This document shows positions 29,218 to 42,691 of a DNA stretch of 64,000 bases, piece after piece. Source of the stretch: Octopus vulgaris. Lineage: Eukaryota. The DNA lies in the NCBI GenBank assembly GCA_951406725.2, contig OX597833.1, positions 7,750,001 through 7,814,000 on the forward strand. Direction: 5' to 3'. The first letter of the stretch is position 1. Each line of letters begins with the position of its first letter. The notes beneath the pieces were generated by a model, which did no database searches, was not told where the DNA came from, and worked only from the letters and a program-made list of their open reading frames with translations. Made by a program: the position numbers and the translations under genes.

Positions 29218-29220
<3 letters not shown>
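28967..29220 (-). mobile_element. Tc1/mariner (maT-like) transposon 3' fragment
   Basis: [32 protein letters not shown]-terminal pattern; terminus resembles CAGGGTG-type TIR. Confidence 0.7.
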
Positions 29221-29297
<77 letters not shown>

Positions 29298-29311
29298 ATA
29301 TATACATATAC

Positions 29312-29375
<64 letters not shown>

Positions 29376-29442
29376 AAAGATATATATATGTATATGTATA
29401 TGTATTTATACATACATATATACACTCACACACATACACATA

Positions 29443-29521
<79 letters not shown>

Positions 29522-29877
29522 TGCCAGCAACGGTGTAACGACCAATCTTAACCAATCTTTCAACACTTGGTGTTGATTTAACTTTGGAGGAAATTACAAG
29601 AACCAATCTGCCTCTCCAGAAACAGCAACAACAATTACAGACGTTAGGCAGCACCATCCCCCCCACCACTTCCACCACTCCCACCACCTCCACCATCCCC
29701 CCACTTCCACCACGTCCATCACCGAAAACAACGACAAAGTAACACGATCACTGCATCACCATCGCCACCACACTGTTCCATCATCATCACATCACATACA
29801 TGTATACATACACACATACACACACACACACACATACATACATACATACATACATACATACATACATACATACACAC

Positions 29878-29974
<97 letters not shown>

Positions 29975-30150
29975 AGCAGAACTAGCAGAAGCGTTAACAT
30001 GCCGAGCGAAATGTTTAGCGGCATTTCGTCCGTTTTTACGTTCTGAGTTCAAATTCCGCCGACGTCCACTTTGCTTTTTATCTTTTCGGAGTCGATAAAA
30101 TAAGTACCAGTCGAGTACAGGGGTCGATGTAATCAACCATCCCCGACAGC
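29975..30150 (+). mobile_element. SINE family B, diverged
   Basis: GCAGAAGCGTTAACATGCCGAGCGAAATG...GTTCTGAGTTCAAATTCCGCCG...GTCGATAAAATAAGTACCAG. Confidence 0.8.
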
Positions 30151-30189
30151 AAAGTGTTCTGGTAATATGTAGGTTCGAATCAGAGACCT

Positions 30190-30800
30190 CACACTCCAGT
30201 TGGCCCTCTTTACAATCCCCACCACGGATCGGGTCACTGACGATCCCAAGGAATGTGCTGAGCTTATTACAGAATGCTATGTTGGCATCTTTTACTGCTG
30301 GAAATCCAAATGTGCCCTCTTCACCAACTCTGACATCAAGTTCCATAACACCTGTGAATTTCACACCTGCAATGCTGCGACGCCACCTCAAGACCAAGCG
30401 CAACTGTACCTCACCTGGTCTTGATTGTGTTACTTACCTGCTTCTCAAACCTGGCGGGTTCTTTCTTTTGCACTAGCTTTCATTCTTCTTTCAATTCTGC
30501 CTCAGCAACTGTGTCATTCTGGAGCAGTGGAAAATTGCCAATGTCGTTCCCCTGTTCAAAAAGGCGGTCGCACATCACCTGTCAACTACCGCCCAGTCAA
30601 CCTTAATAGTTGCATCGCCAAACTGACGGAATCCTGTGTCAGAGAAACACTCTGGAACGTTTGGAGCTCTCACAGCCTTATTCGATCCTCACAATTTGGA
30701 TTTATCATTAACTCAAGCTGCTATAGCCAACTCATCGAATTTCTTGAGGACATCACACGAGTTACTGATGGCGGCTCATGGGTAGATGTTATCTACCTAG
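30190..30800 (+). pseudogene. CR1-group reverse transcriptase internal fragment
   Basis: SPGLD..WKIANVVP..KGGRTSPVNYRPVNLNSCIAKLTES..QFGF..SC..QLIEF..VDVIYL; frameshifted. Confidence 0.88.
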
Positions 30801-31727
30801 GTGTGAGTATAAAAAAATACTGCACCCTTCCTGCCAAGCCATGTTGAACCAGTGTTGCAGAATAGGCTCACCAAACCAGTGTGATGTCTTGGTGAAGAGA
30901 ACAAGCTGAGGCTTTCGTTCTGCAATGGACCGAATATAGGCAGTCCAATCCAATTCAATCCCTGTGTATATATGCCATGATTGATCGATTTTTTATCGTC
31001 TTTTTTTTAATCAACTACCAAACCTAAGGCTAGAGGACAGTGTCTGTTTAGAAAGGAGTGAGTTGACAGTTTACAGTTGGGTATGGTCAGAAATATTGTC
31101 AGGATTTCAGGATTTATATAAGTAACTGTCTATAAAGGAAGCTGTGTAGGGAAAAACCCCAAATCAAGATGTTAATTACCAGTTAAAGGGGCAAGACACT
31201 AATAAAACCTATGATGTTAATACAGAGGAAATTATCATGGGGTACTATGGATGTTTGTATATAAACAATGTTGTTATGATATATAAGATAAAATTTAAGA
31301 TTACTAAAAATGATATTATAACCAAAATTGATAAAATGTGTAAATATAGCAATTTTCAACATTAGAAAGGGAAGATTACATATCTTAATATTCATACCTG
31401 TACTTAATTATTTACTTATAAGGTGGATTCTATAAAGATTGCTCTGGGTATTTACTCATGGAATACTGGGGCGATAAATCATGCTATCTTTATAATAATT
31501 ATAAGCTAAGAATCAGGAAAAAAATCGGAAAAAATAAATTGTGCACAGATACATACACATATTTAACTATCTCTAAAATTACTTTTATATATACGAATTA
31601 AACATTGAGAGTTGTTCATTTTAGCACATCTAATTTGAATGTCTTTTTCCTGTGTACTCGGAAGTAATATTCCCTAATAATTATAATAATATAATATAAT
31701 ATAATATAATATAATATAATATAATAT

Positions 31728-31793
<66 letters not shown>

Positions 31794-31803
31794 TTATAGA
31801 AGG

Positions 31804-31854
31804 AGCTTCTACAGGACTAGAACTGTTTCATTCAAAAGAAATCATCAGGAAGCT
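31804..31854 (-). ncRNA. Type I hammerhead ribozyme (inverted copy)
   Basis: Exact reverse complement of 32565-32615. Confidence 0.75.
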
Positions 31855-32042
31855 AGGTGACAAGAGTAGTTTTGGCATTTATACATTTAGGCAGGTTTAA
31901 AGGGGTGGCGGTGGGGGACTTTTTGGGGTAGGCATGGCGCAAACTATCATTCTTAGGGGAGTGGTCAAAGGAATCAGTGGTAAAGTAGATAAAAGAATAA
32001 ATAGAAAAATAGAGTTTTAGGTAAATAAGGAAACTCTCACTT

Positions 32043-32091
<49 letters not shown>

Positions 32092-32564
32092 CATATACAC
32101 ATACACACACACACACACATACACATATGTATATATATATACATACATACATATACACACATATACATACATACACATATACATACATACATATACATAC
32201 ACATACACACATACATCCATATACACATGTACATATGCACCCATATACATGCATCTACGTACACACCCATACCCATACTCATACATACACATATATATGT
32301 CTACATACATATATATATAAAAGGGGATATACACCCCCATACACACACGCTCACATATCTATATATATATATATATGCTTGTGTGTGTGTGTGTGTGTAT
32401 GCGAGCACGCACACACACACACACACACGCACACATTCCATTCACAGAGAAAAAGACCCATCTCGTTTATCGGGATGGTCATCTTTTCAGAACGCGGCTA
32501 AAATGTCTCTGTTTACAGAAATACAAGCCTAAATGTATAAATGCCAAAACTACTCTTGTCACCT

Positions 32565-32615
32565 AGCTTCCTGATGATTTCTTTTGAATGAAACAGTTCT
32601 AGTCCTGTAGAAGCT
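32565..32615 (+). ncRNA. Type I hammerhead ribozyme
   Basis: AGCTTC-CTGATGA-T-TTC-TTTT-GAA-T-GAA-ACAG-TTCTAGTC-CTGT-A-GAAGCT: 6-bp stem I, intact core, 3-bp stem II with U.U at its base, 4-bp stem III, GUA site (cleavage predicted after 32609). Confidence 0.75.
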
Positions 32616-32697
32616 CCTTCTATAAAATAAATTAATTTACTCTGCTATGTATTGAGTACCTTATTTACTGTGGTTAACCCCGACTCAACCCGGGACC

Positions 32698-32739
<42 letters not shown>

Positions 32740-33264
32740 TAAAATAATATTTGTAGACACTTTAACATGGCTGTCTGTTCGAACTCCTCAAGCTGGTTAA
32801 CGATGCAGAGAGATTTTAGAAAATATGTATATATATATAACACACACACGCATGCATATATATCTATGTATATAAAACACAAGGCATTTTCACCATTTAA
32901 CTGCCGATCGAATGTTATGACTGAAGTCGGTTTAAAACATGGTGGAATATTTAGTCCAACTTAAAAACCATTGGACAGAGTAGAAAAATTTGCTACCGAA
33001 AAGCAAAAGCGGTGAAAGACAGCAAGTAAAAGGGATTTCTTGAAGGAAATTGAAACATGGTTTCGAAATTAGCCAAAGAGAATGAATTCCAGTCGGCAGG
33101 TTTCTTGGGTTTGTATTTCTGTAAACAGAGACATTTTAGCCGCGCTCTGAAAAGATGACCATCCCGATAAACGAGATGGGTCTTTTTCTCTGTGAATGGA
33201 ATGTGTGCGTGTGTGTGTGTGTGTGTGCGTGCTCGCGTGCTCGCATACATATACACACACACAA

Positions 33265-33301
<37 letters not shown>

Positions 33302-33472
33302 CATAGACACACACATTGACACGCGTATATGTATGTATGTATATAGATATATATGCATATAAATATATATATTTATATATATACACTATATAAAGCTTAT
33401 ATATACATATATATTTTATATATAAACTCTTTATAGCTCATATACATACATACATACACAGATATATGTGTG

Positions 33473-33520
<48 letters not shown>

Positions 33521-33605
33521 CGGGGTGTGAACAATAACAGACATTGACACAGTTCTGTTGTATAGTAGAGTCTCTAAGGGCCTCCGATTTGCTATGGGCA
33601 AGGAT

Positions 33606-33668
<63 letters not shown>

Positions 33669-34288
33669 TACTACTGCCGCTGCAGCAACGTGAAGTAAAG
33701 GAGGCAGGTGAAGAAGAAGGTGTTGAATAAAACTGTTTATTTTCACAAGAAAGTTGTGTGTTGTTTTATATTTAGTGGGGGGGGGGGCGTTTATTTAACA
33801 TCCGGGCATCTTTGAGTGCAGAAGATTCCTCCTGAATATAGGTGGGTAGTAGTGAGAGGAGGCAGATGAGTGGGGAGTGATACCGGCGGCATTGGTGGTG
33901 GTGGTGGTGGTGGTGGTGGTGGTTGTAGTTGTGGCGGTAGTGATTATGGTGTTGGTGATTGTTGTTCTTATTGTTGTTGCTGTTGTTGTGGTGGTAGTCG
34001 TTGTCGTCGTGGCGGTAAAATGGGTTGGTAATGGGCCGGTCCTTTCTCCCAAGACCTTGTAATGGCGACGTTGGTCATTGAGGACAACCCTACCCCCTCG
34101 AAGCCTTCGTTGTGATGATGATAACAGCTGAAGAGGACAAGCCCGACCCGTTAAGACCCCGGTGGGGTGCCGGTAAGTGAGCAGGTGAAAGCAAGTGCCA
34201 CCCACCACCCCCTACGCACCCCGTTATATCGGTATCCTCTCCTCTTCACTGCTACTTTATATATCATTCTCTCTCTCTCTCTCTCTCA

Positions 34289-34321
<33 letters not shown>

Positions 34322-34439
34322 TCTCTCTCTCCACCAACCACCTTTCTCATTGACAACCACCCGGCAACCTTTTCATATACAAAAGCAAAATCTAAAAGCG
34401 CTCACTTGAAATGCTCGGAATATATATATATATAGTTCG

Positions 34440-34565
34440 CCGTTTTGCAAGACACACTGATAGAATAAGTACTAAGCTTACAAAGAATAAATCTTGGGGT
34501 CGATTTCTTCGACTAAAAGCGGTGCTCCAGCATGATCGCAGTCACATGACCGAAACAAGTAAATC
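34440..34565 (+). mobile_element. SINE family A 3' tail fragment
   Basis: GATAGAATAAGTACT..GCGGTGCTCCAGCATG..CAGTCACATGACCGAAACAAGTAAA. Confidence 0.75.
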
Positions 34566-34617
34566 AATAAAAAAAACTATGGCATTTTGACCCTGAGCAA
34601 CGCCGGGTATCTCTGCT

Positions 34618-34619
<2 letters not shown>
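34565..34619 (+). mobile_element. Helitron 3' end fragment
   Basis: CCTGAGCAACGCCGGG hairpin followed by TGCTAG, as in the 49791-50193 element. Confidence 0.6.
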
Positions 34620-34689
<70 letters not shown>

Positions 34690-34914
34690 ATGTATGTATG
34701 CATGTATGTATGTATGTATGTATGTATGTATGTAGTGGCTATCAAAGTAAGACATGAAAATGATTAACGGAAATAAAAATTAAACATGAAAAACATCCCG
34801 CTTGCTATAGGTTCTAATATCATCGTAGTTTCGACGCATTTAAAAATCCATGGGACTACTCTTTTAGTTGCGCCAATAATAGTAAATATCACTGGGATTA
34901 TACATGCACACATG

Positions 34915-34964
<50 letters not shown>

Positions 34965-35456
34965 TGTATTCATGGTGTGCTGCCATGTGCCAGTTTCACG
35001 GCGTTATATAATAATGATTCGTCAGCACCGTCACCTTTTATTTACGGCTTAAAACGAGGTTGTTACAGTTCAGGGGATGTAATATTAATATTATTAAGAG
35101 ACGAATTAAGTTATCTCCCCCACCGACCAGTTAAAGTATATCTGCTATATTCAGTGTCAAAATATGGTGGCTCCATTTTGCAATGAATAATACGCAACGT
35201 AACATTAGACAACGTCAAAAGACGGAGTCGTCTGTGTACAAGAAATGTTTCTTGGTCTGAAAACTCATAATGAGATTACAATAGCCACCCGTAGTTCACA
35301 AGTTGTCCAATGCTTATAAACTATGAACTAATACCGATATAATTTTAATTTATATAACAAGAGCAGAAATTCATATTATTAAATAATATCAATTTCAACC
35401 AGTGGTCAGCATACTTAAAAAACGTCCGAGAATTAAATTTAAATATAAATAAGAGA

Positions 35457-35697
35457 GACCATTGAGTGGATCCCTTGTATGCTAAAAATAGACGTCAAAC
35501 CGTCCTACCACGAAATCTGTGTTCCCATATTAGCAAGATGCTAGATGTTTACGAGTTAGACAAATGAAAAGAATTAAGTGCTATGACTATTTCTTTTCCT
35601 CGTAAACACCTAGTGGCTTGCTAATTTGGGAACACAGATTTCGTGGTAGGACGGTTTGATGTCTATTTTTAGCATACAAGGGATCCGCTTAGTGGTC
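35457..35697. mobile_element. 241-bp foldback/MITE-like element
   Basis: ~100-bp inverted arms (GACCATTGAGTGGATCCCTTGTATGC... / ...GCATACAAGGGATCCGCTTAGTGGTC), ~40-nt spacer. Confidence 0.8.
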
Positions 35698-35707
35698 CAT
35701 ATTATAT

Positions 35708-35939
35708 ATTTCTTTACTACCCACAAGGGGCTAAACACAGAGGGGATAAACAAGGACAGACAAACGTATTAAGTCGATTACATCGACCCCAGTGCGTAAC
35801 TGGTACTTAATTTATCGACCCCGAAAGGTTGAAAGGTAAAGTCGACCTCGGCTGAATTTGAACTCAGAACGTAACGGCAGACAAAATACGGCTACGCATT
35901 TCGCCCGGCGTGCTAACGGTTCTGCCAGCTCGCCGCCTT
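35708..35939 (-). mobile_element. SINE family B, full length, with 17-bp TSD
   Basis: TSD AGTGGT(C/T)CATATTATAT at 35691-35707 and 35942-35958. Confidence 0.92.
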
Positions 35940-36795
35940 GAAGTGGTTCATATTATATGTTCTATGAAAATAGTTGATGACGCTTTTTTTACTACTCTTT
36001 AATGCAACATTCAGTCCGTTATCTGACCAACTGGACACCACCCCACATTCTTGTAAACTGCCTCAGAACACAAAAACCATCGTCTGTTCGATATCCATTT
36101 GAACTGGAACTCCCCCTGGAGTCAGAATAAGATAACCCTCAAGGTTCGCTTCCATTCTGCGCTTTCCGCAAAAGCTAAAAGAGAAAGAGTATTCTTTTAA
36201 TGGGTTGTGTAAATGATATCAAAACAAGGTTTCTATCAAATACTTAGTGTTATGTTGTGATTGTTTAGCAGCTAATGAAGACTTATGTTGTACGTTCAAC
36301 ACTCGTTAAACAAAACCGCGATTTATTTCATTAATAAGATGATCTAGTGACATCTTTATCTCTTCTGTTTATATGATATTTCGTAATTATTTCCTGACGC
36401 ATTTAAAACTTAACACACACGGCTTGGCCCTCATCCAGTCGTGCTATGATTAAAAATACCCCAGATAAGACCATCAGTACTTTGTGTTTTATTCATAACT
36501 TTTCACACACACACACACACACATTCATATATACATACGTCTATGTATACATACGTACATAAATACATACATACACATATACATATACACATACATACAT
36601 ACACACATACATACATTGACACGTATGTAGTCAATCTTTCCTTCCTCTTTCAAGTCCGTGAGAGTGATTTAAGAGACATCTTGTTAGTAGCGTATTTAGT
36701 ACAAGAGAACATTTTACACGTTGTCGACCAAACGACGAATCTAAACTCGGAGTTAGTGCTAGGGGTCTTTAGCTAGAATGACTGTGTGTGCTAAG

Positions 36796-36855
<60 letters not shown>

Positions 36856-37070
36856 GGGAGGGAGAAGAGAGACAGATATATAAATAGATAGATTCATAGA
36901 TTTGTATATATGAATGTGTGTGTGCTATGCTCCTCGAGTTTCCATGTACTTTTCTATTATATCGTCTGCAAAAGGAAAACAGTTTTTAAAAGAAAGGAAG
37001 AACGTTTAAAAACGAATGAAAAATGCTATATTCTGAAAACAAATTTTCTTTCTCTCCCCTTCTCTCTTCA

Positions 37071-37117
<47 letters not shown>

Positions 37118-37649
37118 TATATATATTTATACACACACACATAGATATATATATATACATATATACTTAAATACATACACACACACATATGTTCTTAACA
37201 CGTTTTACATAAACAATATGGCGACTATTGTTGATGTCGTTGAAAGTAAAACCTAAAATAGTTTTACTAAAATAATATTTTCAAAGAGATAAAATGAAAG
37301 AAGATAAAAAAAAAAAGAGGGAGGAAACAGAGAAAGAGCAAAGAGGAGGGTCACGTGACTGGCTGACTTCGATATGAAAGCTTTTTTGTTTTGTTTAGTT
37401 TTTGTTTCTTGTTTTTTTTTTGTTTCTTTGGTTTTTGTCATCGTTATGTGAATTCGAACCCTTGCTGTCTTCTCCACCAACATAATTCTTTACAGATAGA
37501 CATTACAGAACAGGTAAGAGACATGAGATGCTGTGGGGGCAGGAAGCGTCGAGGGGTACTGGTGGTGGTGGTGGTGGTGGTGGTGGTGGTGGTGATGGTG
37601 GTAGTTTTATTTATTCCCATAGTGTTGCCATAATAAATTTCAAGCAATT

Positions 37650-37735
37650 TATGTATGTATGTATGTATGTATGTATGGGTGTATGTGTGTATGTATGTAT
37701 GTATGTATGTATGTATGTATGTATGTATGTATGTA

Positions 37736-37766
<31 letters not shown>

Positions 37767-38098
37767 ATATATGTATGTATGTATGTGTGTGTGTATGTAT
37801 GTATGTATGTATGTATGTATGTATGTATGTATGTATGTATGTATGTACATAAGTATGTATGTATGTATGTATGTATGTATGTATGTATGTATATATGTAT
37901 GTATGTATGTATGTATGTACGTATGTATGTACGTATGTATGTATGTATGTATGTATGTATGTATGTATGTATGTGTGTGTATGTATGTATGTATGTGTGT
38001 ATGTATGTATGTATGTATGTATGTGTGTGTATGTATGTATGTATGTGTGTATGTATGTATGTATGTATGTATGTATGTATGTATGTATGTATGTATGT
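37650..38098. repeat. (TATG)n microsatellite
   Basis: Direct array; explains MYVC ORFs. Confidence 0.95.
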
Positions 38099-38319
38099 GA
38101 AATAGTTGGCGTCGGCCGGATTGGAACTCAGAACGCAAAGAGCCGGAAATTAGATGAAGCAGCAATAATGCCAAAAGTGGGAAATTAGCAGCAAAGACGA
38201 CAGTTGTCATAGCAACAGTTAGTCATTAACAATTCAGCAATAAAAAATAAGAAGAAGAACAACAACAACAACAATAACAGCAACAATATACAAGAGCACC
38301 GCTTAAACAGCATCTTACC

Positions 38320-38540
38320 GGTTTCAAATTCTGGCAGAAGGCCGACAATTTCGGGGGAGGGGGAGGGGCAAGTCGATCACATTGATCCCAGTAGCACAAC
38401 TGGTACTTATTCTATCGATTACGAAAGGATGAAAAGTAAAGTTGACCCCGGTGGGATTTGAACTCAGAACGTAGCGATGGACAAAATGCAGCTAAGCGTT
38501 GTGTCCGGCGTGCTAACGATTCGGCCAGATTGCCGCCTTC
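38320..38540 (-). mobile_element. SINE family B variant
   Basis: CTGGTACTTATTCTATCG..GAAAGGATGAAAAGTAAAGTTGACC..TTTGAACTCAGAACG..CGGCGTGCTAACG. Confidence 0.8.
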
Positions 38541-38557
38541 ACAGCAACATAAATATG

Positions 38558-38600
<43 letters not shown>

Positions 38601-38619
38601 CCACTACAACTGCAGAAAG

Positions 38620-39022
38620 GCTGAAGACGCTCGACCTTTATTCTCTAGAAAAATGACGACACCGTGGTGATCTCATTCTTGCTCACAACATCATAAGCGG
38701 AAAGCGTATCCTCTCGAAAGAGCTGTTCTTCACTCCTGCTCCAGAGCGTCGGCTACGGGGTCATTCCGAAAAGCTCTACCTGCGACGATTTCATCTCAAT
38801 CGAAGGAGAGGAGCTTTCTCCGTCCGGGTTGCGGATCCGTGGAATAAGCTGCCAGACGAGATGGTGAAGATGCCGACGACCGCTTTGTTCAAAGTCTCCC
38901 TTGACCTCAAGTGGCCTGAACTCTTTACATGAACACCACCCTGTACATAACTCCATGTCCCCCTACATGGCCTTGCTTTTTGCTTTTTGAGCCAAAAATT
39001 AACCAACTAACTAACTAACTAA
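38620..39022 (+). mobile_element. CR1 LINE 3' end
   Basis: RGDLILAHNII..RLRGHSEKL..FSVRVADPWNKLP..FKVSLD..* then short UTR and (AACT)n tail. Confidence 0.88.
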
Positions 39023-39129
39023 CAATAACGCATAAATAACGGCAACACCATCCATTTGTATAAATCCAAACGGTTGAAAAGTGGGTTTATGGGAGAACGT
39101 TACGAGTCTCTCTTACAAGGACCTTTGGG

Positions 39130-39760
39130 AGAATGAACAACTTAAAAAAAAACCCAGTCATGGTATTAGGAAAGCAGAAAGTGAATGTTTCTAATCAAAC
39201 TGGACAGTGACTTGTACAAGAACCTTGGACCCCAAATCTCAGATGAAGCCACTTGTAAGAAAGAAACGAAGTCATGGTCAATCATGGCAAGAACATCCAT
39301 GGAAAAGCTTAATAATATGTGGACCTGCAAAAAGTGTCCCAAATTAAACAGAAGGCTGGTGGCGGTGTTAATTTGGCCAGTGGGCATTTACGGTTGCAAA
39401 GCATATATATATAAGTAACCAATGTGTTTGAAATGGAGATGTGTAGGAGAACGTTAAAAGTGTGTTACCATCGGACAACTGAATGAGTGTTACAACATGT
39501 AGGGGAACGAACTACATGTTACAACATGTAGGGGGAAGACGGCAACTGCTAAACATTGTAAAGAAACAAAAGCTCATCTATTATGGTCATATTTCAAGAA
39601 GCAGGGGTTTGTAAGGCATTATCATGGAAGGAAGAATTAGAAGGTAAGCAAAGAACGGAATGGATGGATAATATGAAGAGCCTGGTTGGACATGGGTGGA
39701 AAGGCAGATGGAGAACTGACACTTAATCAGAAGGACGTTCATTGTAGGGTCAACAAGGTG
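39130..39760 (+). pseudogene. RTE-clade LINE 3' fragment
   Basis: LGPQISDEATCKKE..MARTSMEKLNNMW..LIWPVGIYGC..FEM..RR..QLLNIVKKQKLIYYGHISR..IMEGRI..WMDNMK. Confidence 0.8.
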
Positions 39761-40267
39761 CTACAGGTGTATAAGACAGGATAACGACGATCTACAACAA
39801 TAACAACAACAGGGCTAAAGATAAGACGTCTTTTAGACATGAAGGAACAGTTTAAGAAGGGATTCCTCCATTTTATTTATGATGACGGTGAGGTTGGGGG
39901 GGTGAGTGGGTGTTTGGATGTATTTTGGTACAAAGTGTGTGGGGACGAAGGGTGGGGCGGGGGCGTAGCGTTTGAAGGGATTAAGAGCCGGTGTGGTGAG
40001 TAGGGTGGGGTGGGGAATAATTTATGATGATGGTGATGGAGGGGGAAGTAGGAAAGGATAGGGTGAGAGGGTAGATTTACGGGGTGGGGGAGAGGTCGGG
40101 GTAAAGAGTGGAAAGAAGATTGTGGGGGTGGAGTAAGGTGGGGGTTGGTTTTTGCCAACCAATTCAGAAGATTTTGTGTCAGTTTGAAATAACCTGTTGT
40201 CAGTATACGGATTGTGTCGAGTGAAAATATAATTAGATGGCACTGAAGAGAGAGATAGGTTACTAGG

Positions 40268-40318
<51 letters not shown>

Positions 40319-40356
40319 TACATATATATACACATACTATATACATATATATATAC

Positions 40357-40494
<138 letters not shown>

Positions 40495-40518
40495 TACATA
40501 TATATACTACATATATAT

Positions 40519-40607
<89 letters not shown>

Positions 40608-40669
40608 TACATATCGACATATGAATATTTTTTTTTTTAAATTGTGAAGAATGTGAATTGATGAGGAAC

Positions 40670-40762
40670 CTTTCCTGATGAAAGGGACATTGTCCACATG
40701 GTTTCTAAGATTTCTATTAATTTTTCTACCAGGACATGAACTCTGGAAACAGCCATAGAAAG
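40670..40762 (+). ncRNA. Candidate type I hammerhead with long stem II
   Basis: CTTTC-CTGATGA-[64 nt; TGTCC/GGACA pairing]-GAAAC-AGCC-ATA-GAAAG; 5-bp stem I; stem III decayed. Confidence 0.55.
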
Positions 40763-41132
40763 TGGACTTCCTCAAACTCTATTATATACTTTATATACCA
40801 TTTATATATTCAAAAAAGAAAAACAGATTGAATTCTTTGGCTCTTTTAATTGAAACTCTTAACCGCTCTTAGTTTTAGTAGGAAGAAAAATGGTTTACCA
40901 GTTCTCTTTTTCTCACACTTCTTTCCATATATATCCCACACGGGTTTTATTAATTGTAATTTTTAGCAAAAAATGGATATGAGAGGAAAGCTTTTAAGTA
41001 CGAAGTTCTATTTATACTTCAAAAAAAAAAAAAGCAAGCACAAAAAAGTGAGAAAAAATTACAATTAATAAATAATTTATAAGTATTTTAAAATCGGGAG
41101 TTACTTTTCAATCACTCTGTATATATACATAT

Positions 41133-41193
<61 letters not shown>

Positions 41194-41199
41194 CGTATG

Positions 41200-41259
<60 letters not shown>

Positions 41260-41359
41260 AAGAGAGCGAGAGCGAGAGATACGTATGCATATATGTATAC
41301 AATATATATAAGTATATATATGCAAACATATCTATATACGTATATAATATATATACGAG

Positions 41360-41395
<36 letters not shown>

Positions 41396-41420
41396 TATGT
41401 GTGTGTGCGTGTATGTGTGT

Positions 41421-41457
<37 letters not shown>

Positions 41458-41719
41458 TGTTAGTATTTACATATTTGTGTTCTGTTCAGTGAAATGTTGT
41501 GAGGAAGTAAGTGGAGTTAATTATGTTTGAGAGGAACAGATTCAAAAAGAAAATTAACAAAGAGCATCGTCGTCGTCGCCACCGCCACGATCATCTACCC
41601 CCTCCCCCAACACCAGCAGCAACAACATCAACGAAACAGACTCATAAAAACACGTCTGCAGCATCACCGCCATCAGAAATGCCCTCGTCTCCTTTAGAAC
41701 TAATTAAACTCACATACAT

Positions 41720-42131
41720 TACTCTTTTACTCTTTTACTTGTTTCAGTCATTTGACTGCGGCCATGCTGGAGCACCGCCTTTAATCGTGCAACTCGACCC
41801 CGGGACTTATTCATTGTAAGCCCAGTACTTATTCTATCGGTCTCTTTTGCCGAACCGCTAAGTGACAGGGACATAAACACACCAGCATCGGTTGTCAAGC
41901 AATGCTAGAGGGACAAACACAGACGCACAAACGCACACATGCACACACACATATATATACATATATTCGACGGGCTTCTTTCAGTTTCCATCTACCAAAT
42001 CCACTCACAAGGCTTTGGTCGGCCCGAGGCTATAGTAGAAGACACTTGCCCAAGGTGCCATGCAGTGGGACTGAACCCGGAACCATGTGGTTGGTAAACA
42101 AGCTACTTACCACACAGCCACTCCTGCGCCT
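41720..42131 (-). mobile_element. SINE family A, full length
   Basis: Reverse complement of 51090-51500. Confidence 0.92.
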
Positions 42132-42625
42132 ATATATACATATATACATAACATACATAACATGCATAACATGCATACACACACACACACACATACACTT
42201 ACACATATACATACACACATACACATACATACTCAAACCAATCGAACTTTAAACTCCGAGTTCGTCAACCATTAATCACAACAACAACAATCTTCACCTG
42301 TTTCTGGGTGGGAAAGGGAGATTGTGTGGGGTGCGTTATCCACCCGGAATACACATAAAAAAAACAACAACACCTCGATCCACCCCGAATTCATCAAGCC
42401 TTTCTAACTTGTTGACAAGTAATCAGCGAGGCAAATGTACGAAGACGGGTGGCAGGTAGAGGCGGTGGGGTAGCGAGCATCACAGCAGTGGCAGTACGGG
42501 TAGGTGGATGGGTGAGTGTAGCGACGGGGGTGTGGAGGAGGTACGGAAGGATACGTGTGCTTCTGGGTAATTACGATTTCACTCGACACCATTCGCTGCT
42601 GTTTGTGTGTATGTATGTATGTATG

Positions 42626-42691
<66 letters not shown>

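Noticed and set aside
41511-41720. R/H/P-rich plus-strand frame
   Set aside because: Low-complexity triplets running into a SINE; no splice support.
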